This document shows, in pieces, positions 51,909-61,761 of a stretch of 64,000 bases of DNA (positions within the stretch are counted from its first letter, which is position 1; each line of letters begins with the position of its first letter). Origin of the DNA: Thermodesulfobacteriota bacterium (GTDB lineage: Bacteria > Desulfobacterota > Desulfomonilia > Desulfomonilales > Desulfomonilaceae); contig JBFMDN010000012.1 of assembly GCA_040753915.1 (NCBI GenBank), positions 1 to 64,000 of the forward strand, in the 5' to 3' direction. Under the pieces are notes generated by a model. That model was not told the origin of the DNA, ran no database searches, and worked only from the letters and a program-made list of their open reading frames with translations. Made by a program: the position numbers and the translations under genes.

Positions 51909-52790
51909 TTAGCCCACTGGCACAGAGGCTCTATCCCGGAATAGAAATTCGATATCAAGGCGTGTTCCCGCTCCAGGGCCCGACAACAGCTTCATCATAT
52001 CCGAGCAGCGCTTAATGTTCGCAAGGCCCATCCCTGCCCCGAACCCCATCTCACGTATCCACGGCGGAGCAGTAGAGTACCCTGGCTGGAGCACCTTAGT
52101 GAGATCCTCGATACCGGGACCATGATCCACTGCGGACACTTTCAGCCGATCCTTCCGCACGTCCACGGTAATAATTCCCCCTACATCCGTATGAATCACC
52201 AGGTTCATTTCCGCTTCGTACACCGCCACCGACACCCGCCGAACGATCGGCGGGGCCACACCGAGGCGCTGGAGAGATTTCTTGATCTGGCTCGAGGCCT
52301 TGCCCGCGTTGTCGAAGTCCCTTTCGCTCACAGTGAACCGCAGGATCACGCTCGTGTCGTCCGACTCGATATCCTCGAAAATGTGTCGGGCTCGGTAAGA
52401 CTGGAGCTTTTCCGCTTCCTTCTTCTGAAAGCTGACATCCATTTCTTTGAGCAATGCCCGAATGATCGTGCCAGTCGTCACGATCCCGACAAGCTTGCCA
52501 CCCTGATCGACCACCGGAAGTCTGCCGAAGCCCTCGCGGTCGAGATTGCTCACCGCCTCGATCACGGACGCATCCTTGAGGACGGATTTTACCTGAGTCG
52601 TCATGTGTTGACTCAAGGGCTCGTGCAACTGTCCCCGTACCGTGACGTCGATCACGTCGGTCATGCTTATGATCCCCACCATCCTGTCGCCTTCCATGAC
52701 AGGGACACCGGAGATTCTTTTGGCCCGCATGAGCTCTTTGACCTCATTCACGGTCATGGAAGGAGTCACGGTGATTACCTTGCGGGCCAT
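51909..52790 (-). CDS. CBS-pair plus GHKL ATPase protein
   Basis: A tandem CBS region ('VITVTPSMTVNEV...ISGVPVM', 'LPVVDQGGKLVGIV') is followed by HATPase_c ('DHGPGIED', 'GAGMGL'). The start is uncertain, at about 52790. Confidence 0.65.
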   Translation of the reverse strand: MARKVITVTPSMTVNEVKELMRAKRISGVPVMEGDRMVGIISMTDVIDVTVRGQLHEPLSQHMTTQVKSVLKDASVIEAVSNLDREGFGRLPVVDQGGKLVGIVTTGTIIRALLKEMDVSFQKKEAEKLQSYRARHIFEDIESDDTSVILRFTVSERDFDNAGKASSQIKKSLQRLGVAPPIVRRVSVAVYEAEMNLVIHTDVGGIITVDVRKDRLKVSAVDHGPGIEDLTKVLQPGYSTAPPWIREMGFGAGMGLANIKRCSDMMKLLSGPGAGTRLDIEFLFRDRASVPVG

Positions 52791-52855
52791 GACATTTTCC
52801 ACTCTCGTGGTATAGATCAGCTCCTGGACTTTCGTTATGTTTTGAGTTTCGATGA

Positions 52856-53227
52856 TCACCAGGAACCTCTCTCGATTTTCACGGGGCCTCTCCCGGGAAG
52901 GCCTGCCTGGTACAACCGTCCGCACGCTTCGTACATTGTGTAACCCACTCGAATGAGCGTAATGCCGGATTCTCGTGCCAATTCGATTGTTTCCGGAGGC
53001 GGCGTCTTATCGCGGACAAACACGACGACCTCGATTCCGGCCATTTCCGCTGTACGCACTACCTGAGGATTGGTCAGGCCTGTCATGAGTACCATGCCCT
53101 CTGCGCCGAAGGCGAGAACGTCGCTCATGAGATCCGCGGCTCCCCCAATGGGAAAATCGGTTTCATGATCGTGGCTATCCACAATGATATGCCCGTCCAG
53201 GACCGTGACTAACTCCCGGATTTTCAT
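52856..53227 (-). CDS. DRTGG-domain protein (second copy)
   Basis: 'HDHETDFPIGGAADLMSDV...GMVLMTGLTNPQ' is present. Confidence 0.6.
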   Translation of the reverse strand: MKIRELVTVLDGHIIVDSHDHETDFPIGGAADLMSDVLAFGAEGMVLMTGLTNPQVVRTAEMAGIEVVVFVRDKTPPPETIELARESGITLIRVGYTMYEACGRLYQAGLPGRGPVKIERGSW

Positions 53228-53534
53228 CTGCGCTCCAGGTCGAACTCACAATGTCGAAAATCACACTTGATCATTGCGTCGTTTGCTTGTCAAGCACAAC
53301 TGGCCCTGCAGCACTGTTTCATAGTTCTAATTCTCACATACTGTGAAACTTCCTGCTTTGCAAGGGGCCTTGGTGATGTGCTATCTGGATCGTGGCTCAC
53401 GCGGAAGAGCCGGAAGCGTCATCGATCATCACGGGGGTATCGAACGTCAGCCGTTGCCCCGTACGTCAGTGAGGTGAGCGTGTATACGGGAGATAGGCCG
53501 AACCCTGGATTGGCACAGTTTCTTGCCGATCACA

Positions 53535-55348
53535 TGGCAGAAAGGCACGACGAGAGTGATGATGACTATGCTGTCTCTGCCTTTTGCCGGCCGATCGAGA
53601 CCACAAAGAACTCCCACATCTTTCGGATGCACGGCTATCATCTTGGCAAGAAACCTTACGATGCGGTACAGGCGTACATCAAACACTACACGCGGGAAGG
53701 GGATGTGGTGCTCGATCCTTTTTGCGGCTCGGGCAGCACAGCTCTCGGGGCCCTGGTGCTCGGTCGAAAGGCCGTGGCCATTGACGTCTCTCCAGCCGCC
53801 ACGTTCATCACCCGGTTTTATGTTTCCGCTTGCGATCCTTGCGATTTCAAGGCGCGCTTCGACACGATGTGTGCTCGGGTGGAAAGGGAAATGTCGCACC
53901 TCTATGGGACTGTATGCCACCGGTGCGGAACAGGCGCGACCATCCACTACGTGGTCTATTCCAACTACTACGTCTGTCCCGGCTGCGGCCGGTCGGTAAG
54001 TCTCTTTGAGGCATCCCAAGATCGACGACGGTGTTGCCCCCAATGCCTGAAATGGGACGGGAGAATCGTGCGGATCGGCCCGCCCGCCGAAGCGGTTGCA
54101 AACGGACCGGTAGCCGTGAATTTCACTTGTCACGGAACCTGTTCGCCCAAAAGAATGACCCGGTCGATCACCGGCCCGTACGAGGAGCAAGAAGCGTTTC
54201 GATCCATTGATCTCCAGACTCTTGCCCGTCTCGAATCCGAACCGATCCCGTACCCTCATCCCGACCGCTTCATGATGAACGTCTCGGATCCGGAAGCTCC
54301 GTGGGGAGACGAATGGCGCCCGAGTCGCAACTTCCGTACGGTGCGGGACCTTTTTACCTATCGCAATTTTCGAGCCCTCGCAGCGCTCATGGACGCTGCG
54401 GGCAGCGACGAGGATTTACGTGCGGTCATCACGTCCGGAATGCTTGCAGCCAGTAGGAAGGCGCAACACCTTTCGGGCGGTGGAGGCTACATCCCGGGGA
54501 ACTGGGCTCTGCCACCCGTTTCTAAGCAGCGCAATGTCTTGGAATCCCTGAGAACCATTTTCGCCCGTACCCTGCAGGCCAAGCGAGCCCTGGCGAGCCT
54601 ACTCAAGAGCCAGGACGTGTGCATATCGACCCAGTCCGCTGCAGCACTGCACGGCATTCCAGACTGCTCGGTCGACTATATCTTCACGGATCCGCCCTAC
54701 GGCGGATCGATCCAGTACGGGGAGCTCAACTTCATTTGGGAAGCATGGCTCGGTTTCAACACCAGGTGGCACGAGGAAGAAATCGTTGTGAACCGGTCTC
54801 GGGGTCGCACCATTGAGGACTGGGCGGCCATGATGCGAGCCGCTTTGTCGGAATGCTTCCGCGTTCTCCGGCCTGGCAGGTGGCTTTCTCTGTGCTGGCA
54901 CGACGGCTCCATGGGCACATGGCCGGTTATTCACCAGATCCTTTCGGAAGTAGGCTTTGTGACGGACTCGTCTGGAACCGCGCAGACCATTGACACGGGA
55001 GCAAACACGTACAACCAGCGAGTGTGGGACAAGGCCGTGAAACGGGATCTGGTGATCAACGTTCGGAAGCGGCGGAGCCACGAATCAGCGACAACGTCCC
55101 CGGCAGATGCCACTCCGCAAAACAGCTTTCGCGACTTGGCCCGCGTGGTCATCTCCTCCTTTCTCTCCGCCAATCCCGGTGCGACCAAGGATCGGGTGTA
55201 CGATCATCTTGTGGGATTCATGTTCCAAAAGGGGAGATTGGAGCAGCATAACTTTGACAAGTTGCTGGAGAGTGTGGCGGAACGGGTTCGGGACGGGAGT
55301 CGCGGCTGGGTATTGAAATCCGGAGTCCGAGAGAATCCGGAGTCCTAA
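53535..55348 (+). CDS. Orphan DNA methyltransferase (N6A/N4C type; motif I then Zn-ribbon insert then DPPY)
   Basis: 'VVLDPFCGSGSTALGA' is the FxGxG/AdoMet motif. 'CHRCG...CPGCG...CCPQC' is a zinc-ribbon-like insert. 'IFTDPPYGGSIQY' is catalytic motif IV. The ORF is open from 53267, but the first approximately 270 nt look like a promoter, so I chose the ATG at 53535. Confidence 0.75.
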
Positions 55349-55351
55349 CAT

Positions 55352-55367
55352 CCTACACAAATGTAGG
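55352..55367 (+). terminator. Short hairpin just after the methyltransferase stop
   Basis: CCTACAcaaaTGTAGG with no U-tract. Confidence 0.2.
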
Positions 55368-55996
55368 TATTCTTCGAGAAGCTGACCACCACGTATGACA
55401 TCCACTCCCCTGGGAGATGCTCATCACCAGGCCCCTCACCTGCCTGCCCTTCCGAAACCAACCGTCCCAAGGCCTCACATCCTCTGTCACTTCAGCGAGA
55501 TCCCCGACATTTGCCGTTCTTTGGCTTAGTTCTTGCTCCTCCCCGGGGTGATCGTCATTCGTTGCACCAACACTTCTGGGGCTGAGAGGTGTTTTCCTTG
55601 ATTGGGAAGGCCGAGAGCAGATTGGTCGGCCGGGCCGACGGGAAAGGAGGATATCGAGGTCATGGCCGATTCCATTGCCCGACCTTCGGCTCTTTCTCTG
55701 ACTTGCTGGGTAAAGCCTCAGCCTCCCCCGGCCAGGCATGGAAGCGCGTCCATTTGTCGCTACCCGCCCCCTCACTTCCATGCCTCGAGAGGTCGGGGAA
55801 TTCCGTGAGCAAGGGGGTATTCTCATGGGGAGAGGATTTCCTACGGCCCAGTGGCGGTGCCGGAGAATTGGGAGAGCTCCCGCTCCACCTGCCTTGACCG
55901 TCGATTCGTCGGCCTGCGGACAGAATCCCGTCATCACGCCATGGTGGCACGAAACCGACGCGCGCGGATCCCATGTAACGCACCAAAGGAGGATCG

Positions 55997-57541
55997 ATGG
56001 AGATCGGCGCTGATCGGGTCCTGCGAGACCTGACGGACCACCTTCTCAGTCCGCTCTGCAATCTCGATCGAGCCCTGGAGCCGATCCTGGACCTATTGGA
56101 CCTGTTGGCGTCCGCGGAGCGCGCGGTGGTTTCGTTAAAGAACACCCATACGGAGCGACACATAGTCTGGACTTCGCGGAAGCGAGCTGATGAGGGCATT
56201 CCAAGCTCGAAAGCGTCGGAATACGATCTTCCCCCGGAGATGCTCCGGTCCGCCGAGCTCGTTTCGGCCACCGACGCGACTGAAGAGCAATTGCCGCAGA
56301 GTGAGAACCGGGAGATGTCGACCCCTGAGGCAACAAAGTCGTTTGTGGAGGTTCCCATTGTGCTGCGGGGAACGCCCGTGGGCGCTATGCGAGTCTATTT
56401 TCCCCACGAGAAACGAGAGGTGGTCATGGATCGCGTGAGCCTCATCGAGAAGATAGCCCAACTCGTGGCCCAGACGCTCGATCTCAGGCAGCGGATCACC
56501 CTGTGGCACGAGGCTCATATCGCGGCAAATACCGCTCTCAAGGCTGAGATGCTAGAGCGAGTAGCCCATTTTCTTTCCCATCGCGAGACGAGTCCCATGG
56601 GCCCCATCCTTAGACTAGTTCGAGACGCTGCCGAGTCTGTAGCACCGATCTTGATCCAAGGGGAAGCGGGGGTTGGGAAGACTCTCGCCGCTCACGCGAT
56701 TCACGAGTTGAGCGACAGAAGAGCGCTTCCATTAGTAAGGATAAACTGCCTCGTGCACCGACACGATCCGTTGCGTATCCTCGATGGATTGCGAAGCGGG
56801 ACATGGGCCTCAGAACGGATCGGGAGCCCCGGCGAGCGGACCTGCCGGTGGACGCTCTTGCTCAGCTCCGTGGAAGCGGTGTCACTCTCGGCCCAGGCGG
56901 AGATCCTCTCGTTCCTCAGACGATCCATGGAAATGCACGACTATCCCAGGGGGGCTGCCTGCAGAATCGTTGCAACATCTCGGAAGGACCTAGCAGGAGA
57001 GGTAAGGAAAGGCGCTTTCAGTCCTGAGCTGTATAAACGCATTTCCACCATTCTGATCGAGATTCCGCCTCTTCGGGACCGTCGAGAAGACGTCTTGCGA
57101 CTCACCCAGTTCTTTTCTACACGGGTGAGCAAGGAATCGGGTCACAACCTCACGTTCACGCCACGATCGCTGGAGCTCCTGAACCGTCATATCTGGCCCG
57201 GCAACGTCACGGAGCTGGAAAATCTTGTTGAGCGCATGGGATTCTCCGGCGAGGATCGCGAGATCGACGTGGACGATCTGTCTCCCTTCCTTTCTCCGGC
57301 CTTGGCTCCTTTAGACGCCGTGGACAACGGCTCTCTGGATTCGCTGCAACGTCTCGAGAAACGGAGTGTTTTGAGCGCGTTGGAAAGAAACAAGTGGATC
57401 CAAGCTCGGGCTGCACAAGATCTGGGCATAACAATGCGACAGATGGGGTATCGGATCAAGAAGTACGACCTCGAAGGTCTCGTCAAGAAAAATCGAGGTC
57501 ATCGAAGAAGAGAAAGGCAGGCCGGTAGCCCCCTCGCATGA
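55997..57541 (+). CDS. GAF plus sigma54-activator-like AAA (degenerate GAFTGA/Walker B) plus Fis-type HTH regulator
   Basis: Strong RBS AAAGGAGG. Walker A is 'GEAGVGKT'. The GAFTGA position reads 'RSGTWAS' and the Walker B position reads 'WTLLLSSVE' (DE replaced by SS). 'IWPGNVTELEN' and the C-terminal HTH 'IQARAAQDLGITMRQM' are present. Confidence 0.75.
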   Translation: MEIGADRVLRDLTDHLLSPLCNLDRALEPILDLLDLLASAERAVVSLKNTHTERHIVWTSRKRADEGIPSSKASEYDLPPEMLRSAELVSATDATEEQLPQSENREMSTPEATKSFVEVPIVLRGTPVGAMRVYFPHEKREVVMDRVSLIEKIAQLVAQTLDLRQRITLWHEAHIAANTALKAEMLERVAHFLSHRETSPMGPILRLVRDAAESVAPILIQGEAGVGKTLAAHAIHELSDRRALPLVRINCLVHRHDPLRILDGLRSGTWASERIGSPGERTCRWTLLLSSVEAVSLSAQAEILSFLRRSMEMHDYPRGAACRIVATSRKDLAGEVRKGAFSPELYKRISTILIEIPPLRDRREDVLRLTQFFSTRVSKESGHNLTFTPRSLELLNRHIWPGNVTELENLVERMGFSGEDREIDVDDLSPFLSPALAPLDAVDNGSLDSLQRLEKRSVLSALERNKWIQARAAQDLGITMRQMGYRIKKYDLEGLVKKNRGHRRRERQAGSPLA

Positions 57542-57553
57542 GGCACGCCATGA

Positions 57554-57748
57554 GAAACTGTCTCAAAACTCGGGACACACCAAAAACCGTAGCACGATTG
57601 GGCGTCGATGCGTGGAAAGGCACCCTCACCCCAACCCTCTCCCAGCGGGAAAGGGAGCAGGAAGAATCCCCTCTCCCCCGCTTCGGGGGAGAGGGTCAGG
57701 GTGAGGGGGTGTGCCACGACTATCGCGGACTGCCGGCTTTTGAGACAC
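57554..57748. repeat. About 195-bp structured repeat element, copy 1 (short TIRs GTCTCAAAA/TTTTGAGAC, nested hairpins)
   Basis: It is about 90% identical to 63028-63222. The inner perfect hairpin is CCCTCTCCCCC-gcttc-GGGGGAGAGGG. The outer arms are CACCCTCACCCCAACCCTCTCCC and GGGAGAGGGTCAGGGTGAGGG. Confidence 0.8.
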
Positions 57749-58024
57749 CTTCAGACGCCCGTCCCTCCGGTCTGAGAGCCTCCTATACATGTTCTCGGCA
57801 TATGGGAAGCGGAAAGAACTTTTTAGCAACCGCTATAATCATCGCCAAACAGCCCTTTGCGTGATTGGCGGCCGTCTCCAGGGTCCAGACCACTGGGGCT
57901 TCCCCTGATTTGCTGGATTGAAGAAACACGTTGCTGTATATTCGCGCGTGGCCCGCGATGGTGGGCGGTCTCTCTGCCATGTTGGCCGCAGTAGGGAGTG
58001 AGGAATGTTCGTCGGGAGAGGACA

Positions 58025-58849
58025 ATGGAGGTTCCATCAACAGACGAGCTCTTTCGATGTCTCGGACTGACGGACGAGCCGTTCGGGATGTATTACGCCG
58101 ACGAGGAGCCTGCGGTTTCAATTGCTCCAAAACCCAGTGTGCTGCCCTCCGTGGAGGACGAAGCTGCGGGCACGGTGGACTGGCAATCCATTCACCTGTC
58201 ATTTGCGTGCGTCCTGGGTGTGATGTGGCGTGCGCGTAAGAAAAACTGTGCGGCTGTGTTCGACAGACAACGATTCGGGTGTTTGGGTGGAGCCTTTTAC
58301 CTGGGTTTTCTGAAGCCTCAACTGGACATGGTTGCTCGATACGTGTCCACAGGCATCCCTAATCAGATGGAGGGAGAGCGATACCTTCGGTCTGCGGAAG
58401 TTGCCAGGCACTTCTTTGAAACGATCGATCCCAGGCCGGCTCCGGCCAGATACTGCATTTTCAAGCCGATAGGTCAATTCTCCCAAGGCGATCGGCCGGA
58501 GCTGATCGTATTTTTCGGCCGGCCGGAATGCATTGCAGGCCTCCATCAGCTCGCTACCTTCGTTACGGACGATTTCGAGGTTGTGAGCTCGCCCTTCGGA
58601 TCCGGATGCTCGACAATCGTAACGTGGCCCCTGTACTACCTGGCCCAGGGCAAACCGCGGGCGGTTATTGGGTGCTGGGATCCTTCTGATAGGAAGTTCT
58701 TGCGACCGGACGAGATAACGTTCACCGTTCCTGCCGTTCTGTTCGATCTGATGCTCAACCGCTGGAGAGATTCTTTTTTGACGACGAGCACTTGGCGGGT
58801 GGTGCGGCAACGGGTTGATCGGAGCAAGCGTGTATGGGGAGAAGAGTGA
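58025..58849 (+). CDS. Hypothetical protein (possibly DUF169/COG2043-like)
   Basis: Long ORF with a GGAGAGG RBS. The family assignment is from memory only. Confidence 0.4.
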   Translation: MEVPSTDELFRCLGLTDEPFGMYYADEEPAVSIAPKPSVLPSVEDEAAGTVDWQSIHLSFACVLGVMWRARKKNCAAVFDRQRFGCLGGAFYLGFLKPQLDMVARYVSTGIPNQMEGERYLRSAEVARHFFETIDPRPAPARYCIFKPIGQFSQGDRPELIVFFGRPECIAGLHQLATFVTDDFEVVSSPFGSGCSTIVTWPLYYLAQGKPRAVIGCWDPSDRKFLRPDEITFTVPAVLFDLMLNRWRDSFLTTSTWRVVRQRVDRSKRVWGEE

Positions 58850-59079
58850 TCGTTCCGTGACCGCGGTTTGCGCGATTCTCAGCGGGTTCTTTGGTGGCTG
58901 TGCGTTTTCAAACGATCAATTGGCCTCGGCCCAAGGTTGACACACGCGTCCCTCGGCTTTTCGAGAGAAAAGGGGACCGCCCCTCCTAAAGTATTTGTTA
59001 CTTCAGTACATTATCGTTTCGAGCATCAATATCTTCGTCTCTGGCTATTCGAGATCACACACTGACGTTGCTACTCCCT

Positions 59080-59439
59080 TCATTTGTCCAGTCCTTCCAT
59101 ATGCGCATCCCAGGCGTCCCAGTACTTGCTATTGCATTCCTGGATGCATATGGCATATCCGGTATGGTACCTTTTTCCGGAGGAGCGTTTACCGGAGAAG
59201 TATGGATCCACTCCAAAAACGGATCGGCAGTGTTGTTGGCACCCCTGAAGATCCAGTGGGTCTCCGTCATATCCGCTGTATCCGTAATCCTGGTGGGTAG
59301 CCTGTGCAGGACCCGGGGTTACCCGATCGTGGGGCAAGGCTTCCGAGGGTCCGCGCGCGTGGGCAGATAACGCAGCAACCAGTGCCACGGCCACCACTAC
59401 TGCGGTCAGAGCTATCAGTGATAAGCGTGCAGGGTTCAT
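59080..59439 (-). CDS. Small secreted protein with twin Cx3C motifs
   Basis: The signal peptide is 'LIALTAVVVAVALVAALSAHA'. The cysteines are 'CQQHC' and 'CIQEC'. Confidence 0.45.
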   Translation of the reverse strand: MNPARLSLIALTAVVVAVALVAALSAHARGPSEALPHDRVTPGPAQATHQDYGYSGYDGDPLDLQGCQQHCRSVFGVDPYFSGKRSSGKRYHTGYAICIQECNSKYWDAWDAHMEGLDK

Positions 59440-59741
59440 GGCATCTCCTCCTCTCGCTTGGGGACTCGGTCTTATTCCCTTAGATGCACATTCGGTTCCG
59501 GGGATTCAGAAACAGTACCCTTCCTCACGGAGCGTTTGTGAGTGCGACAGACATTTCTCTCGGCAACGGCTGTACTGTTGCGTTGTACCGAGAATCTACC
59601 GGTCTCGGCGCCGACATGTCAGGTTCTCAGGACACGAATGTCATGGTATCATGCCAATAATGTGCACGAAAGCTCACGAGCTGCCCCGGAGCACGGGGAC
59701 GACCGGCTCCCGAGACCTGGAACTGCAAAGGAGGTTTCGGT

Positions 59742-61694
59742 ATGGGAAATCCCCCCAAATGGTATGACTCCCACCTGCCTGAATTCCGCGAAACAGCGCA
59801 CATTCGAGGGCCTGAGGAGTACAAGGAGCTCTACACGAGGTCCCTTGAGGATGCTGACGCCTTTTGGTCCCAGAACGCTCGGGAGTACCTCACGTGGGCA
59901 AGAGAGTGGGACTTCGTCATGCAACACGACGTCCGGCAAGGACGCGTAGAATGGTTTGGGGGAGGCAAGCTCAACGCGTGCTTCAACTGCCTCGACCGCC
60001 ATGTTGCCCGGCATCCGCACAGGATTGCGTATTATCGAGAAGGGAACGGTCCTTCGAACAGCCGTATCGTGACCTACTCCAAGTTGCTGCAATGGGTAAA
60101 CAAGCTGTCGGCGTTCTTGAAATCGAGAGATATCTCGCGGGGACAGCGGGTTGTCATCTATATGCCTAACATGCCGGAGCTTCCTGCAGCGATGCTGGCA
60201 TGCGCCAGGATCGGAGCAGTTCACGTGGTGATTCATCCTGGGTACAGCGCGCATTGGCTGGCAGAACGCATTCAGGAATGTGAAGCACGAATCTTGATCA
60301 CCGCGAATACTCTTGATGAGGGTGAACGCATTACCTCTCTCAGGGAAAAAGCGCTTCAGGCAGTGCAGAGGTGTCCGGAAGTAGAAACCGTCGTCGTGTG
60401 CGACCGGGACGCACGTCAGAGAACGGACAAGGAAGTGGGATGGCACGACATTATGAGCGACCCGCACCTGCCTGCGGCCGTCCCTTCGGAGCCGATGTCG
60501 TCTGAAGATCCTTTGTTCATAATGTTTACCGGGGGCAACACGGGGAAGCCCAAAGGTTTGGTCCATACGCACGGTGGGTATCTCCTCTGGGCAGCCATGA
60601 CCACCCGGCTGATTTTCGACCTGAGGGAAGACGATCTCTTCTGGTGCACCAGCGACCTAGCCTGGATAACAGGTCACACGTTGAGCGTGTACGGAGCTCT
60701 CATCAACGGCGTCAGCTCGGTCATCTGCGATCGTGGCCCGGATTCTTCCGTTCCGGATCGGTACTGGAAAATCATAGAGCGACTCCGGGTGACAAAGCTC
60801 TGCACCGAGCCGACAACAATCCGGACGCTTTCCTCGTTCGGGACTGAGCCTTTGAAGAAGCACGACCTTTCGTCCCTTCGAATCCTGGGGACCTCGGGGG
60901 AACCTTTGGCCCCTGAACTGTGGCACTGGCTTTATGACCACGTGGGAGGGGGTCGTTGTCCGATCATCGATGCATGGTGGCAGGCGGAGAGCGGAGGGCC
61001 CATGATGGCCCCCTTACCAGGCGTGCACCCTCTGAAGCCTGGGTCGGTGGTTGCGCCCTTTCTCGGGGTCGTTCCGATTATTCTGGACCTGAACACGGGC
61101 GATGAAACAAAGTTCCCAAATCAGGAGGGAGCGTTTTTCATAGGACGGCCGTGGCCGGGAATAGCCCGGACTGTGCTGGGAGACCATGCTGGCTATATGG
61201 AGACGTATTTTGCTCCATTTGAAAACCTATTCATCACCGGTGACGGGGCAAAGGTAGACGAAGATGGCTACTACTGGATGACCGGTCGGATCGATGACGT
61301 GATCAACGCAGGCGGCCACCGTATTGGGGCCTGGGAAATCGAAAACGCTCTGGCTGCCCATCCGGATGTGGCTGAGGCAGTGGTGGTAGGATTCCCCCAC
61401 CCGCGCAAAGGACAGGGACTCTACGCGTTCGTGACACTGTCCTCAGGGCCGGAGATGCGGGAACGAGCTCAAGAGTCCCTCTCGGAATGGCTCGATCTGA
61501 GGATTGGCCCCCTCGCGGTTCCCGACGTATTTCAATGGGCAGAAGAACTTCCCAAGACTCGCAGCGGAAAGATTCTCAGACGTCTTCTCCAGCGCATCGC
61601 AGCGGGTCAGATCGGAGATCTGGGTGACACGACGACTGTTGCCAATCCCGCTTCGCTCGACAAGCTGATTGCAGACGCGAGATCTACCCGTTGA
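59742..61694 (+). CDS. acs: Acetyl-CoA synthetase (AMP-forming)
   Basis: 'FTGGNTGKPKG' and 'WWQAESGG' are present, with Acs architecture along the full length. RBS AAGGAGG. Confidence 0.9.
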   Translation: MGNPPKWYDSHLPEFRETAHIRGPEEYKELYTRSLEDADAFWSQNAREYLTWAREWDFVMQHDVRQGRVEWFGGGKLNACFNCLDRHVARHPHRIAYYREGNGPSNSRIVTYSKLLQWVNKLSAFLKSRDISRGQRVVIYMPNMPELPAAMLACARIGAVHVVIHPGYSAHWLAERIQECEARILITANTLDEGERITSLREKALQAVQRCPEVETVVVCDRDARQRTDKEVGWHDIMSDPHLPAAVPSEPMSSEDPLFIMFTGGNTGKPKGLVHTHGGYLLWAAMTTRLIFDLREDDLFWCTSDLAWITGHTLSVYGALINGVSSVICDRGPDSSVPDRYWKIIERLRVTKLCTEPTTIRTLSSFGTEPLKKHDLSSLRILGTSGEPLAPELWHWLYDHVGGGRCPIIDAWWQAESGGPMMAPLPGVHPLKPGSVVAPFLGVVPIILDLNTGDETKFPNQEGAFFIGRPWPGIARTVLGDHAGYMETYFAPFENLFITGDGAKVDEDGYYWMTGRIDDVINAGGHRIGAWEIENALAAHPDVAEAVVVGFPHPRKGQGLYAFVTLSSGPEMRERAQESLSEWLDLRIGPLAVPDVFQWAEELPKTRSGKILRRLLQRIAAGQIGDLGDTTTVANPASLDKLIADARSTR

Positions 61695-61761
61695 AAGATA
61701 CGCGAGTCGTCTGAAGGGGCGTCCTCTTGCGGAGGACATTGTGCTGGCCCGGGGATTGAAC

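Noticed and set aside
53490-53515. Sigma54 -24/-12 promoter (TGGCACagtttcTTGC) upstream of the methyltransferase
   Set aside because: The spacing between the GG and GC elements is one nucleotide longer than consensus. It is kept only as a remark.
55353-55937. 194-aa ORF on the minus strand between the methyltransferase and the GAF regulator
   Set aside because: Its translation is Arg/Pro/Ser/Gly-rich with no domain-like segments, and no RBS was found. This is typical of a spurious frame in a GC-rich intergenic region.
57538-57864. ORFs with 'TLTPTLSQRERE...GEGQGEG' or 'LTLTLSPEAGERG' translations (also 57499-57717 and 62979-63416)
   Set aside because: They are translations of the hairpin repeat elements. 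The same low-complexity peptides arise on both strands of the palindrome.
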